The notes: a model not told the origin generated them from the letters alone. Positions 14,889 to 28,123 are shown, numbered from the stretch's first letter. The stretch is DNA of 64,000 nucleotides from Ptychomitrium polyphyllum (GCA_973851085.1 OZ316776.1:12028001-12092000); one strand, 5' to 3'. Made by a program: numbers and translations.

Positions 14889-16671
14889 GGATTTCCCGTT
14901 TCCTCGATTCCTCTTTCACTGGAGGCTACCCTCCTTGGCGGCGTTTTGTGAGCAGCATTGGCATTCGCATCCATTGAGGACATGTCGCGGAGCTACCGCG
15001 AGCTTGGGCTGGAGCCAGTGTGCGCTGATCCCATACCTGTGCTATCAACTTTCTTGTTGTATATTTCGTAAAGTAGCGATTTGTTTTTCTGCACTATAAG
15101 GTGGCTCTATCTTACAGAGCCTGTGCACGCCATAGCCATAGTCTGTGGGACATCAGAAACCCTGACAATCATTTTTGTTATCCGCAAATTTATACAAGAG
15201 ATAGTCCGTCCTTGGCTGGCCTACTTATATTTAAAAAAGGTTCATGACTTTTGTACCTCCCCTTGCATGTATGACACTAATGTCAAATCCCTGCGTGTTA
15301 TCTTATCAACCCTCAGCGTTGATTGTTTTTCCTCCCCTCTCGTTTTTTGTGCGACATTGCCATTTCAACTATGTCTGCTACATTATTCTTCTGTAGGCGT
15401 TCATTTGGGACACTGCAATCTAGCATGATCACGTTAACATACAGTTATGGTGACTTTCAGCACTGCAGAGTCTCGTCTTGCCGGGAGGTGTTCCTTCGTA
15501 AATTGTATGGAGTCGGTGTGCTATGTACTAAGCTCGGTGAGAGTGCGATTCATGTCCAGACTCTAGTGCTGAAAATCAATATTACTGTACATGTGTATCA
15601 ACATGTCCATACTGAGTTTATTTTGCAAAGGGAGTGTGATACTTTGCAGGTTGTATGAAGCCGGTGAAGTTTTACTCTGTTACACATCTGAGCTTGGTGA
15701 GGGTGTGCTTGATCTACATGGTGTAAGTGTAGAAAAATTAATTTGTTCACCGACTTGACGTGCTCTCATGTGGAGGCCATGGAGTTTAGACTTTATCTGT
15801 GAGAATAACAAGTCTTGATTGGCATGTCTGCTATATCGCCGACTGGCTATCTTCAGGTAGATCCGCCCTTGACATGATTTGTCGGGGCTTTGTTAGGCAG
15901 TGGAATATTCAAAACTGCGATTGTTAAGCGCTGTTTGAAGGGGTGCTTCGTATCCGCCAACTATTCTACCGTTGTAACTAGTTGCACAACTTCTATTGAA
16001 CATTCAAGGCAGCCGTTTCCTGAGTGAGTGTCCTACATTTGCATTCAATTGCCAATACTGTGAGCATGCATGCATAATAGAACGTGGAAGTAAACTCATG
16101 GATGTTGTAATATTTGAGGCATTGTTCAGTTCTGCAAGAGCATGCTGTAGAAGAGCCAGTGTGGAAGCAGATGAATTTCAAAATCGAGTCACTTAAGAAG
16201 TAGGTTATTTATAATATATTAGAAGATTTTTTGAAACTATTTAAAAGGCCTCAACGATGCGTTTTGGTATGTTATTTTGCATTAATTAGAACCAATGTTA
16301 TGATTTTCATAGTTCAACTCGTATGGTGAAAATTTGAAAGGAAAATACCATCATATTATTTCTCTACTCAGTTTATAAAATTACTAAATGTAACAAATAT
16401 TTCAAGAAACAAAATCGTAACTCACAAATATCTACAGTCCTCAAAACACACGAAATATTGTGCTTCATAAGTAATAATTCTAGTACTTTTGTGATTAAGC
16501 TCAATTTTGTGTTTTCACGTAAGGGAAAATAATATGATGTTCGTATGTCAGAAACTTCAAATTTAGGTAAGCATAAACATTTAGTTATGTGTCATATATA
16601 AAAAGATTGGCATGATAAAAATTGAATCTACTGCAGATTAATCACTGAACTGATTGTAGCACCACAGAGTA

Positions 16672-18202
16672 TCATCTGAAAACTCGCAAAAACCGTCGAC
16701 TGCGAGTGCTGCGAGACTCTGCGAGAGCAGCTTCTAATTGAAGACTGATATCCTTGAGCACGCTGTAATCAGCTTCTATATGTTTCAAGCCACCGGTTGT
16801 TTGTAATGCCAACAAATAGCGTGGGATAGCTTGTTGTCGCACAGATCGGCTAGCAACCTGCATTTCAAATCAAGATAACATTCTTGAGGAATTTGTGGTA
16901 GCCAAGAGAAAGGATTGCAACAAGCAGGTTCAGGTCACAACTATTGTGAACTGCTTACATCAGATAATTTACAATGCAGCTTTCGCATCAGCCATAGTAC
17001 TGCAGATATAACATATGTAAATCCACATACACAGCCAATATACGAACTCAAACCAACAATCTCAGCTCATATAGTCAACACGCATATAACTCTGGCCAGG
17101 ACATCTTAAAGATCTTGATAACTGACTAGGGATGCTAAAGCAAGCAACCACACGCACACACAGAACTCAATCTGCATTATTTGACCCAAGGAGCATATTG
17201 ATTGACTTGCCTGGATGTCGAGACGCCAGTCAAGACGACCGTAAGATGTGCCATTCAAGGCAACAACACCAAAAAGCTCCGGTTGTCTTTGTGCGAACAT
17301 GTCTGCTAGCACCTCCCCGGTTGATTCCTCAAAACCTGTCAACCATGCACTCTGAGTAAGAACTTTGTGTTTTGCTCAATATAAAGGGTTTAAGAAAAAG
17401 CAGCGATCATTCAAGGGTTTTCATTTTCTCCTTTTTATTCCCATTAGGAATGGCTACCTGCATCACTAAAAAGCGAGCGTAGTTCCATATGCTGAAGATG
17501 TAATCGAACTGCACGGGCGAACAATGTCGTCAAAGCTGCCACAGCCTGTTCCACTTCTTCTATGGAAACCTGCAACACCCTCGCTGCCTTTGCAAACCCT
17601 CGCGTCCCAGCCTCACTCTTCACAATTCGATCCAGTGCTATTTTAGCGAATTCTTGTGACACTGCACAAAACGCATGCTCAACACAAAATATGTAGGAAA
17701 ACATAAACCAAAAACAGTAGACCAAAAACCGAAAATCAAGATTACATGAAGTCCAAGTTCCGCATCTCCTCAAGAGACCTAACTCACAACAGGTGATGCT
17801 CCTGGGTTTCATGAGTGTAATCCACCAATGAGCCGAGATTTTCCATATCCAGCAATAAAACTCAAAAGCTTCCACGTCTACTTAGAATTGAAGTAAGTCT
17901 CTTCAAATGCAAATAACAGATCCCCACGATGGGTGATACCCCAAATCTGACAACCCTTTTAACTATGATGGAAATCCTCACTTGAAAACAACCCTTTTAA
18001 TCGTCATCACTGAGACAACCAGGATACGAATAAACGATGCGCTTTGAAAGAGAGCTCCAAATTGATGGGAAATGGTTTCGTAAAAACTTCGGGAAATTAG
18101 AAACACTTAGACAGCAATTCAAGAAAAGGAAAAAGGGGAGAAAGGCCCACCTGCCGCATCGGCAACGAGAAGAAACTGCGGCACTTGCACATGGTGAGCC
18201 AT
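16672..18202 (-). CDS. COMMD2: COMM domain-containing protein 2-like, 188 aa, 4 exons
   Basis: Exons 18202-18151, 17661-17458, 17335-17211, 16857-16672; third intron is GC-AG. Protein MAHHVQVPQFLLVADAAVSQEFAKIALD...SYGRLDWRLDIQVASRSVRQQAIP...LQLEAALAESRSTRSRRFLRVFR matches the COMMD2 motif (LEWRLDVQLASRSLRQQ). Confidence 0.85.
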
Positions 18203-18480
18203 GATTACGCATCATCACATCACGATCAGACTTGCAGATTTAATACAAATTTCCAGTGAGAGGACTAATACCGCAACACTAGGGCTTCGTGACGAGCCGG
18301 AAATGGGATTCCTGCAACCAACTTTCGTCCAACCCTCCCGTTTACTTTCCACATTCTAGAGGAGCCCGGCGGACGAAATCCATTTCTCGTCGACGAAGAT
18401 AGTTCCCGCTTGCCGCGCCCTAGCGAGGAAGGAGGGAGAAGAACATATCCTTTTAGGAAACAGGCAAGCAGCTTAGTACA
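18203..18480. promoter_or_regulatory. Putative bidirectional promoter between COMMD2 and the KH-domain gene
   Basis: Head-to-head genes: COMMD2 ATG at 18202, and a likely KH-gene 5'UTR exon ending at a GTAAGT donor near 18596. Contains an imperfect inverted repeat at 18285-18398. Confidence 0.5.
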
Positions 18481-19002
18481 AAGTGTTGGGAGCTTCCAGC
18501 TATCGCCTGCTCAACTGAATCCTGGTGTCGCCGGTTCCCCATTTCTTACTTAGAGCTGGGCGGTGGAGTTTGCTCGAATTGACGGCCTCTATTGAGTAAG
18601 TCTTTTGCATTTCTTGCTCTTGTACTGTCAGTCTCTGTGTTGGCATTGGGTCCCCATTTGGTGTGAGTCTATTCCTCCGCGGTTCATAGAATTAGGGTTT
18701 GTGAGTATCGCCGGTTAGGATTTTCTCGTTTTTATCTCTCATTGCGGTTGACGCGTCTTTTTGGTGTTGCGTGTGAGATTTTAGGGGTGCAGATTGTCGT
18801 CTTCTTTCTGTAGGGTTTAGAAGCAAGTGGAAGTTCAGCTAGGTGGTATTGGGTTTAGGTCGTCTGTAAGCGCAGCTTTTGTATTGCATTTTGTGAAGTA
18901 GAGTCGACTTGGAGTTGGTTCTCGATTACTGCATCTACGATTGGCAGTGTTCTTGGAAAGTTTTGGCAATTGTGTAGTCGTTATCTTACACGAGGTGCAG
19001 GC

Positions 19003-22000
19003 ATGGCAGCAATGGAGGTCACGGAGGTGACTGAGGTGACCGAGATGACCGAGGTGGCCGATGTGGCCGAGGTGGCCGAGGTGGCCGAGATGACGGAGGT
19101 CATAACCACAGCTGCGGCTTCTCTTGAAGAGCAGCCTGAGCAGCAGGAGCAAGATCACACGGACCTGGGTCAGCTGGTGCCACCACCCGAACAGGGGGTA
19201 CCTCTACCGGAAGAGGCCCAGCTAACAGCTTCAGTGCATGACAAAGTTTCTGAAGTACAAATAGAAGGAGAACCCCCGCATTCTCCACTGGAAGACGAGG
19301 GGAAGGTGGACTCTGGGCTCGATGGAGCCAAAGGTCCCCCTACTCCAACAGGAGTTAAGAGAAGCCGCGACGGCGGTGAGGAGAAGGATGGTGAGAAGAA
19401 GTGGGCGGGCTGGCCTGGCGACAATGTGTTTCGTCTTGTTGTGCCGGTGCAGAAGGTTGGGGGTATTATTGGTCGAAAGGGAGAGTTCGTGAAGAAAATG
19501 TGTGAAGAAACGCGCTCCAGAATCAAGATCCTTGAGGGTGTGCCTGGCACTGCCGAACGAATTGTAAGCTATGTTTTCTTTGCATCATGAAGCTAGAATT
19601 ATAGAGTTGTTCATGCCGCAATTGACCCTGATTATTAATTTTGAGTAGCTTGAGTTAGAGAACGCATTTGGGCTTGCAGAATTACTTAGCTCTAGCAATA
19701 GAACTACTTATTGCCTTCTGATTATCTTTAGATCTCTGTTTCTAGTTCCCTGCCAATAAGTGTCGCTTTTGTGCATCGTGTGTTGAGAAACACGCAGTGT
19801 ACTTTGTTAGCCAATACAACTGTTGCATTGTCCAGATATGCTTACTGCCTAATTGAATCAATTTGCTCTTCTTCAGGACGTTGACGCTCAGTTCAAATAG
19901 AATAATACTCACGTTTATCTGGGTATGATTGTGTAGGTTATGGTTTCAGCAAGAGAAGACCCTGAATCTGCAATATCGCCAGCTATGGAGGGACTTCTTC
20001 GTGTGCACCGGCGAGTTATTGAAGGAGCAGATCCAGAGTCAGCAGATGCGGAGATTGCACCGGGGGGTGCTCCAGTATCGTCTCGCCTTCTGGTTGCTGC
20101 CACTCAAGCTGGTAGTCTCATTGGTCGCCAGGGTGCTACTATCAAGTCTATCCAGGATTCCTCAGGGGCAACTGTTCGCGTTCTGCCTGCTGGTTAGTGG
20201 GTTTCTTTGGACATCATCAATTTTTTGTGTCGTTATTGTGTATAATAGGTATTGGGAAGCGTTGTGCGACGTATTTTTGTCATGCCAATATCAAGAGCAT
20301 GTGCAACTAAGTGTTAGTCATTGAACACAGATCCAGATCAAGCTTTAGATCGTGGCTGGATCACTCCCTCATGGTGCTTCAATGGCAGAAAACGTAGTAT
20401 GTTTTTTTGATAGTTTCTTTATTAATGCAGTGTTGTTTCCAATGACGTAGAATTTACTAGTGCTTACATGATTTGTCGACGCTAAAATGGGGACTTGGGG
20501 TGAGGGATGAAAAAGCAGAGGAACTTCCACTGTGTGCACTAGCAGATGATCGAGTTGTGGAAGTTCAGGGTGATCCTCGCAACGTGCAGCGTGCAATGGA
20601 GCTTGTTGTTTCACACCTTCGCAAGTTCTTGGTGGACAGGAGTGTTCTTCCGTTGTTTGAGTTAAATGTGAGTCTACTGCACAAGTTATCCTGATTTAGC
20701 TCCAAAGTTCTACTTGGATCAAAATTAAAATTGTACTGCTTTGCTCTTCGAGCGGCTATGGTGGAAGAAGAATTTTGCAATAATGGACGATAATGGGTCT
20801 TCTGGTGCATTGCACAGATATGGAGTGACTACATACTGTTCATTAATGCTTGACCTTTTCCGTAAGTAGTTGCGGAGGTATACATGCATTGGACCTCCTA
20901 CTGACTTGATTATTGTTGACTTGTTCAGCGGGCAGTGTCAAATCAGAATAACCAGCAGCAGAGTACAAATTCTCAATGGCAGCAGTCGAGTAATACTCAG
21001 CAACAGCAGCCACCCAGTTATAGTAACAATGATTCTTCTTACTATGGAGCCTCTGATCATTCTCATCATTCTCAACCACAACAGCAGTCACATGACCTAG
21101 GCAACCAACATCACCATGGTGTTTCTTTGTATGGTCGGGATCCCACTCTAGGAGGTGCTATTGCGCCTCCCCCTCCTGCCCCAGTTATCACGCAGGTATT
21201 TCATCTCTCGCTTCACCGTTCTGGTGTAGTGCATCATCCGCGTCCAGTTCGATCACTAAATAGATAGACAGTTGCATTTGTGATTGATCAACTGTCTCAC
21301 TTCACCAGTGCTAGTTTAGCTCACTGAATTCTTGTTGTCTAATTTTGAATTTGTGCAAAGATGCTGTTTCGACTTACAGCCACCAAGTTCTTCCTGAATC
21401 CAACCATGATCTAATGGATTGACACTAGACAGTGAATTACTATAGTAGTCCACTTGTGGGCTTGTTTCTGTGTTGGGAAACTAACCGGGGTAGGTGTACA
21501 CAGGTTACTCAGCATATGCAGATTCCACTTTCATACGCAGATGCTATTATTGGTAGCGCAGGAGCCAACATCAGCTATATGCGCCGTACTAGTGGTGCCA
21601 CAATCACAATCCAGGAAACTCGAAGTGTGCCTGGTGAGATGACTGTTGAGATTCATGGGAGCGCATCTCAAGTGCAGACAGCCCAGCAACTAATCCAGGT
21701 ACGGTGCAGTCTATAGGTCGGTGGCCCAAGCATGTACATATGCAGATGTGCAATGCGTGTGTGCTGAGAATTCACCTGAATTGTCAGTTATCTTTCTGCT
21801 GACAATTTGGTCTTGTCTCTCTTTGCGTGGGTTTACATGTATTTTACAGGTATCAATATCAAGTAATGACAAATTTGTATACCAAGATCATGAGAAAGAT
21901 GAGGAAACGACACTTAGTGTGACTAACTGTTACTGTCACGAATGAAAGAAGATCACAATAAATTACAGTTGTCTGAACATGTCAGTGGGAATTTTGTTGC

Positions 22001-22612
22001 AGATGCAATGTAACCCTTACCAGCCTTTACAGGAGGATCATTATCAGGTCACTGAGTTCACAGGACCATAACTCTATATATATGAACTAAGGAAGAGTTA
22101 ATTTACTCCTTTGGCCAGTTGAATTCACGTGTGGGGACCGATTTCTTGGAAAACCCATCTTAAATTACATTAGGCCAAGTGTGAAATCTTATGAACCTTC
22201 CATGAAGTTGGTCTCCACATACGTGAATTCAAATGGCAAAAGGAGTATTAGTCATTCCTTTGTGTCACCAATGTAATAACTACCAAGTATTCACCATGAA
22301 GATTTAACTTTAAATTGCCAATTTAATACGCTTTTTAAGTTTCCGTAATATATATGTACATTCTAATACTCATACTAAAATATAATATGTTCGTTGTTTG
22401 AATAGGAACTTAATTGCTTTGGTGTGGCATTGCAGAATTTTATGGCAGGAGCATCGAGTGGCCCACCACCTTACACCAGCGCGTACAGTAGCACAGTGGA
22501 TACTAATTACAGTTCATACCCAACCCAAGCTTCTATGTATTCAACAACCCAAGCAACAGGCCCACCTACTCAAACATATGCGTCACATTACAATACGACT
22601 TATGGATATTAA
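19003..22612 (+). CDS. Three-KH-domain RNA-binding protein (FLK/PEPPER-like), 534 aa, 6 coding exons
   Basis: Exons 19003-19563, 19937-20192, 20519-20667, 20929-21195, 21504-21698, 22436-22612. KH GxxG motifs [21 protein letters not shown]; family peptides [15 protein letters not shown] and [12 protein letters not shown]. Confidence 0.92.
19015..19101 (+). repeat. 9-bp coding tandem repeat (E-V-T/A tripeptides) in the KH protein N-terminus
   Basis: GAGGTGRCC-type units encoding [29 protein letters not shown]. Confidence 0.85.
22106..22245. mobile_element. Stowaway-like (Tc1/mariner) MITE, 140 bp, in the last intron of the KH gene
   Basis: TA|CTCC...GGAG|TA termini (TA at 22104-22105 and 22246-22247) and ~47-bp imperfect TIRs: CTCCTTTGGCCAGTTGAATTCACGTGTG... 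versus reverse complement CTCCTTTTGCCATTTGAATTCACGTATG... Confidence 0.8.
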
Positions 22613-23764
22613 TTTCTCGGTGTATGTGGCCTGTCTCTAGTACACCTTGAAGTATTTGTAGTGTACCTTCAATGAATTTGTCAACCTGGTGAATGTAGAG
22701 AGCAGGAAGACGGCAAAAGTGAAGAGTAGATTGAAGAGTAAAATGATAGATCAACGATCTTAACCGGCAGCCAGAGGTCTATGAAATTGTGTTGTTACCA
22801 CTGTCAGGGTTTTTGAGATAAATAGTTCTCTTCTGTATGATTTCACACCATAGGTGACGACGAAAGAAGTGACAATCAAAAGTTCACTCCAGGTACAGTG
22901 GTGTGTGTGAGGTTAGTGTAGGAATTGAAATCATGATGTTGTCGGGGTAAACAGATCAGTTTCACCTTCGTGGTACTTTGTTGCCTTTGTGGAATACTCT
23001 AGGATGGGTCTGTTAGCAAGGAATTTGTAGGTTTTTCGGGAAGTTGGTTTTTGTAATCGCCTTAATAACAGGGTATGAGGATTCTTGATACTCGTTATTA
23101 ACTATGATTTCTAAAGTTTAGAATATTTTGAAGCTGAAAACTTAAGCTTTTTAAGGTTTAGGTACCTGAGGTTGGATTCTGTAGTCATTATGTTATCTGC
23201 AGTGCTTCTCTCTTGCTTTTCAAGCACTGAAGGTGCCCTGTCCTGTCTCGTGAACACCATTTCAATTCCATGCAGTAAATATGCATTCTGATTTGTGTGA
23301 TTCTTTCCATCTCATCGTTTGCAATTTCTGTGTCCTTAGCGCAAGGAGAATGCAATTTCATTCATACCGATGGTGACCTTGTAATCGATATAACATGAAT
23401 ATGATTTTGCATATATGTAACATGTTAGTATATGATACAAACCCTACATTAATGCCGGTCTTTATGTCCCCGCTCTGCACGGACTTGCAACGCCATAGGC
23501 CGTTGTTACCGGGTTTAACTGGCTAGAGTACAAAAACCTACGGCAAAACTGGAGAGCAGTTATTATCTTAGAAGTAGTAAAACCTGGAGAGAAATGCTTA
23601 AAAAGAGCTGACCCTGCTGATAGACAACATTTTTAGAAGGAGCAGTTTCGTTGGCACCTGTTGCACACGATTTCAATCACATGCAAGGCATGGCAAGAAA
23701 GACCACAGCACAGCAGCAAGAGCGAATGAAACTGACATGATTCACAAGCGCTAGATCAGCTTCT

Positions 23765-23832
23765 TTTCGAAACCTCATGCATTCTAGTCCCAGAGTAATC
23801 CATTTGTGATGTAATTGCATGAGGTTTCGAAA
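23765..23832. repeat. Perfect 17-bp inverted repeat with 34-nt spacer
   Basis: TTTCGAAACCTCATGCA (23765-23781) and TGCATGAGGTTTCGAAA (23816-23832). Confidence 0.8.
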
Positions 23833-25063
23833 CTCATCAGATGCAGTAATCGCTTCCGTCATTGTTCTGAGGATGTGTAGAATGCGGGAGTCAACATGCA
23901 TTTTCCAATGGAATCTGAGGGTTCAGGTGGGGTTTAACTGAGTGTGGAAAGTGCTGGTGGCGCAGCAGTGCTCGTGATCTTCTGGTGATGCGTATCATGC
24001 GTGGCTGTGGGCCTGGGCCTTTGGAGCGGGTGGTTGCTGTAGCTCTAGCTGTAGTTCTTATTTTTAGCCCGAGGGCATTACTAACTTGCAAACGGGAGCT
24101 TCGACTCGATGGGACAGGTGCGATGAATCTTGCGTGTCTGCGGGCGTTTTTATGTTTTGCATCCGACCCGGGAGTGGCAATTGGAGAATTCAAGTCTCTG
24201 TGCTGGTGGAGGGTTTAGGGCTTATTCGCATTTCATTCGCAGGCTTCCTTTCCAACTTGGCGATATGATCACCCACCTCAACTAACTCATTGCACTGACC
24301 AGTTTTGGTCTACAATTATCTCACACTCTCTCTGATTATCTTGCCTCTCATCTCTTCCGACTGTCCCCCTTGCGGACAACTTTATCATCTCGCTGTTGTC
24401 ATTCTTATTAGTTTTGACTACGAAACGTATAAGGTGTATATGTGCCACGTCTTAGAAGCTCAGATACGTTCCCAGAATCACTCGGAATAGCTCAACCAAA
24501 CTGCCTCTTGGCGAGATCATGTGCAGTAGATAGACCCAGCTCTTTGAACGAATTCACGATTAGTGCGACGTGACAGCAGCAGAAGTTTCTTTGAAGCACT
24601 TTTGTGGTCCCAGTTGTGTTGTAGTTTGTGGCACAGATAATACAGAATCATGCCCATGTTTCGAAAATTTCCATAAGCCACTCCATATGAGCGATCATAA
24701 ACAGAGCCTCCTCTGTTTACATTAGGCTTTCTGAATGGCTGTATTCTCATGTTCTTTCAGCTGGTAAGCCCGCTTGGACTATGATGGGACTCCCACTCAG
24801 TTGTTTGTGGCATGTGTACCACTGTCGGTCTACACAACATTTTATCTCATACATTTTGAATCTCCTTTTTTCCTCTGCCTTTGCTACATCGAATGACCCT
24901 ACACTTGTTTGTCTTGATCATGTAGATTTTGGAGCTTGATTTTAATGGTTCTGACTTCTTTAGGAGACGAGATTGTGCGAGTGAAGAGGTGCAGATCTAG
25001 GAGGAGTATCATATAGTGCTTATACTGGACGGTAAAGCACCTTGTACTTGAAAAAGAACAACC

Positions 25064-28000
25064 ATGATGCCGCCAGGCTCTCCCCTGAACATTCGAAGGC
25101 GGAGCAGCGCAGGAGTGAATACACCCACTCGGTTTGGTAGAGGATCATGGAATCTTGCAGGTGATTATATTCCAAGCCTATATATCATTGTGGCTTTGTT
25201 TCTATTTGGGCCTGTTTCTGATCCATAGCTGTGTTTCTCACCTAGTTCTGTTTTCTGACCATTATGTCGTCGTCACTTCCCTTGCTGTCTGCAACAGTAA
25301 TCTCCAGATACTACTTAGAAATTCTACCTCAACAAGATTATGAACCTCTCGATGCACTTGAGGGCGAGAATCTCATTCTTTTACACTTTAATAGCGAATG
25401 CATTGCGCCTCCATTTAATTTATATAAACTGACTTCCTTCACTCCTTGGAAATCTGCTACGCAACGGGCTGTGATTTCCTAGTGTCGTTGTGGTGGAGTG
25501 GGTTGTTAGTGTATGTAGTATGACGAACATTATTGCTCTTTCTGATGCAACAGGGATCGTCCATGGTGTCTCGAGGCCACGTTCCAAGTTGATGGTTAAA
25601 GTCCTCATTGCGGTGATACTAACATCGCTATGTATGTACATTCTTCGTCGGTATGACTCTGCCGGCACTGTCGATGTGGTATGATTCTCCATGTGTTCAA
25701 TCTCTCACTTTCTCAGTCAAGTTTGAACCCCTCGAGTGGGTCAAGGCATGAGGACACTTTTTCCTTTTGACACACGTATGAGAACACTTCAGTGTGTCGA
25801 AATGTCAGAAAGCAGCCTCTTCTAAATTTATGCTCTTGTTGGATGAGCCTTTGCAACTATGTTCATGAAGGATGTTTTGTCTATGTGAACACAATGCTAG
25901 TTCTCATATTGAATTTTGCCTGCAGTTCTCTGTCAACGACGGTATGACGCACGTATTAGTGACCGGCGGTGCTGGCTACATTGGCTCCCATGCTACTCTG
26001 CGTTTACTCCAAGATGGCTATCGAGTCACTATTGTGGTTGCCACTCAATCCCCTGTGTTTTTTCCATAGTACGGCAAGATTGTAGTGAAGCTTTGTTCTG
26101 AATCTCTAATTCCGTCTTGGCAATACCTGCCTTTGCTCGTACTATATTTGATAATTTGAGTTTGCATCTGCTACTTGCAGGATAACTTATCAAGAGGAAA
26201 TCTTGGAGCCGTTAAAGTGCTGGAAGAACTCTTTCCAGAACCTGGGCGATTGCAGTTCCTAAACGTAGACCTTGGTGACAATACTGCTGTATCCTTATGA
26301 TGATAGTCTTAGGGGCAAGAGGAGATTGCTTACTTATTGTTACACATCAAGGTTGTTCTACAAAGTGCTGATTTTTTAAGAGAGAGTTTGAAATCTTGCG
26401 ATTTGTTCTGAGCAACCATACCATTTCTTCCTAGGGTTCACATCTCCTGCACTCTGAACCAGTGTTTTCTCTTGACCAGTAAATCCAGATAAACGAAGTA
26501 TTTAGCAGAAATGCAATAGATGTGGTCATGCATTTTGCAGCAGTGGCATATGTTGGGGAAAGTATGGCTGAACCATTGAGGTAAATCCCGCCTTTCATAT
26601 ACAACCTTAATTACACAGTGATTTAGTTCCTAAAAATCACCCAAAAGGTACATATGTGATGAACAATCTGCAGTGGCATTAAGTTTCGAAACTGTCTATT
26701 AACTAAAAAGTTGAGAAATTGCAGATGAAATCATGTGTAGACAACTCACGAAAAGAACGGATGTCTCATGTGTTGCAGGTACTACCATAACATAACTTCG
26801 AATACTCTAAGGTTGATAGAGACTATGGTGAGGCATCGTGTTCAAAAACTTATCTACTCAAGCACCTGTGCAACCTATGGGGAACCTGATATTATGCCCA
26901 TAAAGGAAAGCACACCACAGGTAACACCGTTACTTTAGTGTTGGTCACTGCCTGTGGGTTACGTTGTGCAGATCTCTACTTCCAAAAGCGAATTTAACCT
27001 CATTGTCCTGTATACAGGTTCCAATCAATCCATATGGGAAAGCAAAGAAAATGGCAGAGGACATAATACTTGACTACGTTAAGAGCAACAAACAGCTAGC
27101 TGTAATGATTTTACGGTTTGTCCTTCGTGCTGCTTCCTGACGGAAGTAACTACTTGGCTCTGAATTGTTAAAATGGGTTATTCCTGGTTAACTGTTAGCC
27201 GTAAGACCAGCCATTCTATTCTTCAGTAAGTGATGAAGCTAGAAAATACCAGCTTTCTTGTGATTGAGAGATTACGGATCTCAATCTTTGGATTAATTGT
27301 GATATCTATGGAAGGACAAGGATGGACGTTGGTGCTAATGAAAGCCATGGATTTCTGGCCTCCAGTTACATTATGCACTCATTGGATGAGCAGGTACTTC
27401 AATGTGATTGGATCTGATTACAAGGGTCGACTTGGGGAAGCTCCACGACCAGAACTTCGGGCTCATGGACGAATTTCAGGGGCCTGCTTTGATGCAGCTA
27501 TGGGTGTTATTCCAGACCTGAAGGTTCCTTTCGTATTCCCTTTCTCTTTGCAATTTTTTCTCGTTGTAGTTAGATGAATTCCTCCTTAGGTGGAACTAGT
27601 TTCCAGCACATTAAGTCACTTACACTGCTATCGCTGTTCCAGGTCCAGGGAACGGATTACAGTACCGAAGATGGAACATGCGTACGCGATTATATTCATG
27701 TGACAGATTTAATAGATGCTCATGTGAAGGCTCTGAACGCTGCAAAGCCCGGGAAACCGGGTATCTACAATGTGGCTACTGGAAAAGGTGAGTTCTTAGC
27801 CCACTCTAATCCATGGCAGTGATGATTTTATTTCTTGTAAATGCGTTTGCTACTGACCGAGTAAAACTGACACTACTGTTTTTGGTGATTTTTTGCTAGG
27901 TGTGAGTGTTAAGGAGTTTGTAGAAGCTTGTAAAAGTGCAACAGGTGCGAACATTACGATTACATACATGGACAGACGGCCGGGCGATTATGCTGAGGTT

Positions 28001-28123
28001 TACAGTGATCCAACTAAGATCAAGAATGACCTCAAGTGGGCAGCTCAAAATATCGACTTGACGGAGACGCTAAGGGTGGCTTGGAACTGGAGGAAAGCGC
28101 ATCCAAATGGTTACACTAACTAA
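25064..28123 (+). CDS. UDP-arabinose (UDP-D-xylose) 4-epimerase, MUR4/UXE-like, 423 aa, 10 exons, N-terminal membrane anchor
   Basis: Exons 25064-25160, 25554-25678, 25926-26036, 26181-26288, 26489-26580, 26779-26920, 27018-27115, 27394-27523, 27643-27787, 27900-28123. Motifs: [42 protein letters not shown] (YxxxK), [22 protein letters not shown]; hydrophobic [15 protein letters not shown] before the catalytic domain. Confidence 0.92.

Noticed and set aside
23760..23845. Minimal hammerhead ribozyme on the minus strand (CUGAUGA-G-UUU-C-GAAA with a long stem III and a GUU triplet)
   Set aside because: Stem I cannot form: the bases after the putative cleavage site (UCGAAAAG) are not complementary to those before CUGAUGA (ACUGCAU). 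Kept only as an inverted repeat.
27819..27878. Intronic C/D-box snoRNA (GTGATGA...CTGA) in the last epimerase intron
   Set aside because: Only ~50 nt between boxes, the CTGAC is explained as the branch point, and no rRNA guide was recognised.
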